This document shows, piece after piece, positions 23,504 to 24,000 of a stretch of 24,000 nt of DNA (position 1 is its first letter; every line of letters starts with the position of its first letter). The notes under the pieces are model-generated. The model made no database searches. It was not told where the DNA came from and saw only the letters and a list, made by a program, of their open reading frames with translations. The translations under genes were made by a program, and so were the position numbers. This stretch comes from Kribbella alba. Its GTDB lineage: Bacteria; Actinomycetota; Actinomycetes; Propionibacteriales; Kribbellaceae. The DNA is taken from NCBI RefSeq assembly GCF_039529635.1, contig NZ_BAAANE010000003.1, forward strand, positions 130,137 to 154,136, written 5' to 3'.

Positions 23504-23716
23504 GCCCGCCGGCGGAGTGGCGTTGGGGGGCTTTGCAGTCCCAGAAAGCGCCAAGGCCCAGGAGCAGATTGCGATGTCTGCCTGGGCCGCTGTGCTGGTG
23601 CGCCGCAAGGGACTCGAAGCCCGAAGGTTCATCGGGGTACGCTGCCCGGTCATCGACGTCGACGACCTGAAGATCAGCGCTGGTACGCGCGGGCAACGGG
23701 AGTAAAGTTTGGTGCC

Positions 23717-24000
23717 GTGGCTCGTGGAGGAGAGCTCGCGGGGGGTGATGGCGGATCACAGCGATGGAGACCTACCGCGGGACTGTTCGGTCGCGACACT
23801 GAACTCGAACAGCTTGGCGGCTTCATCGCCACCGCCGCTGTCAGCGGCGGTGGTCTGCTCCTGACCGGAGACGCGGGCATCGGCAAGTCGGTGCTCCTGG
23901 ATGCCACTGCGGCCCGGGCGACGGCACAAGGAACCCGGGTGTTGCGGGCCGCCGGTGTGGAGTTCGAGGCGGACATGAGTTTCGCGGGACTCCACCAGTT
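23717..24000 (+). CDS. Large ATP-binding LuxR-type (LAL/AAA ATPase) regulator, N-terminal part; 3' end outside the window
   Basis: The frame is open to the window end. GLFGRDTELEQLGGFIATAAVSGGGLLLTGDAGIGKSVLLDA is the typical N-terminus with Walker A. GTG 23717 is the first canonical start in this frame after the upstream stop. Confidence 0.6.
   Translation, partial: MARGGELAGGDGGSQRWRPTAGLFGRDTELEQLGGFIATAAVSGGGLLLTGDAGIGKSVLLDATAARATAQGTRVLRAAGVEFEADMSFAGLHQ

Noticed and set aside
23596-23642. tRNA 3'-end-like string on the minus strand (...GGGCTTCGAGTCCCTTGCGGCGCACCA), which could have been a tRNA or an integrative-element att remnant
   Set aside because: The putative T-stem does not pair (CGGGC with CCCTT). 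No complementary 5' acceptor strand lies at the expected distance, and no D or anticodon arms are evident. No integrase gene is nearby.
13316-23653. Long antisense ORFs across the operon: 13316-14464 +, 14487-15437 +, 15077-16156 +, 16855-17706 +, 17799-18581 +, 18499-19935 +, 18896-20089 -, 19911-21170 +, 21204-22166 +, 22439-23653 -
   Set aside because: Each lies opposite to, or out of frame with, a gene that has clear family motifs. All have Arg/Gly/Pro/Asp-dominated shadow-frame composition.
1-24000. Search for CRISPR arrays, rRNA, tRNA, IS elements, integrases and long direct or terminal inverted repeats
   Set aside because: Visual inspection found none. The only repeated units are the paralogous gene pairs and the short operator-type palindromes reported above.

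Overview
High-GC, densely coding chromosomal segment that looks actinobacterial (Actinomycetota). I support about 27 protein-coding genes and two decayed gene remnants. I recognised no rRNA, tRNA, CRISPR array, transposase or integrase. The window splits into three neighbourhoods. (i) 1-6313 is a patchwork of small enzymes and regulators: a YcaQ/AlkZ-like 3' end, a divergent ArsR-like regulator and DoxX-like membrane protein pair with a clear operator, a GNAT and a VOC protein. It also holds four function-unknown proteins and a ferredoxin-reductase remnant. (ii) 6986-13133 holds an ECF sigma factor with no anti-sigma gene, a COG4315-type lipoprotein and a LuxR regulator. It continues with a secreted TIGR03118-family protein, a GMC oxidoreductase, a 63-aa membrane protein and a truncated aldehyde dehydrogenase. 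(iii) 13214-23503 is the most interesting part. It is a tightly packed eight-gene minus-strand operon: ROK kinase, M20 hydrolase, two paralogous sugar-type binding lipoproteins, one permease, a YhfX-like PLP enzyme, a half-size ABC ATPase and a second YhfX-like PLP enzyme. It is divergently paired with a ROK-family regulator across a 117-bp spacer that carries a 29-bp AT-rich palindrome. The YhfX family has, to my knowledge, no assigned function, so I read this locus as a candidate uncharacterised uptake and catabolic system. All calls come from reading the ORF translations and the DNA by eye. No database search was run.
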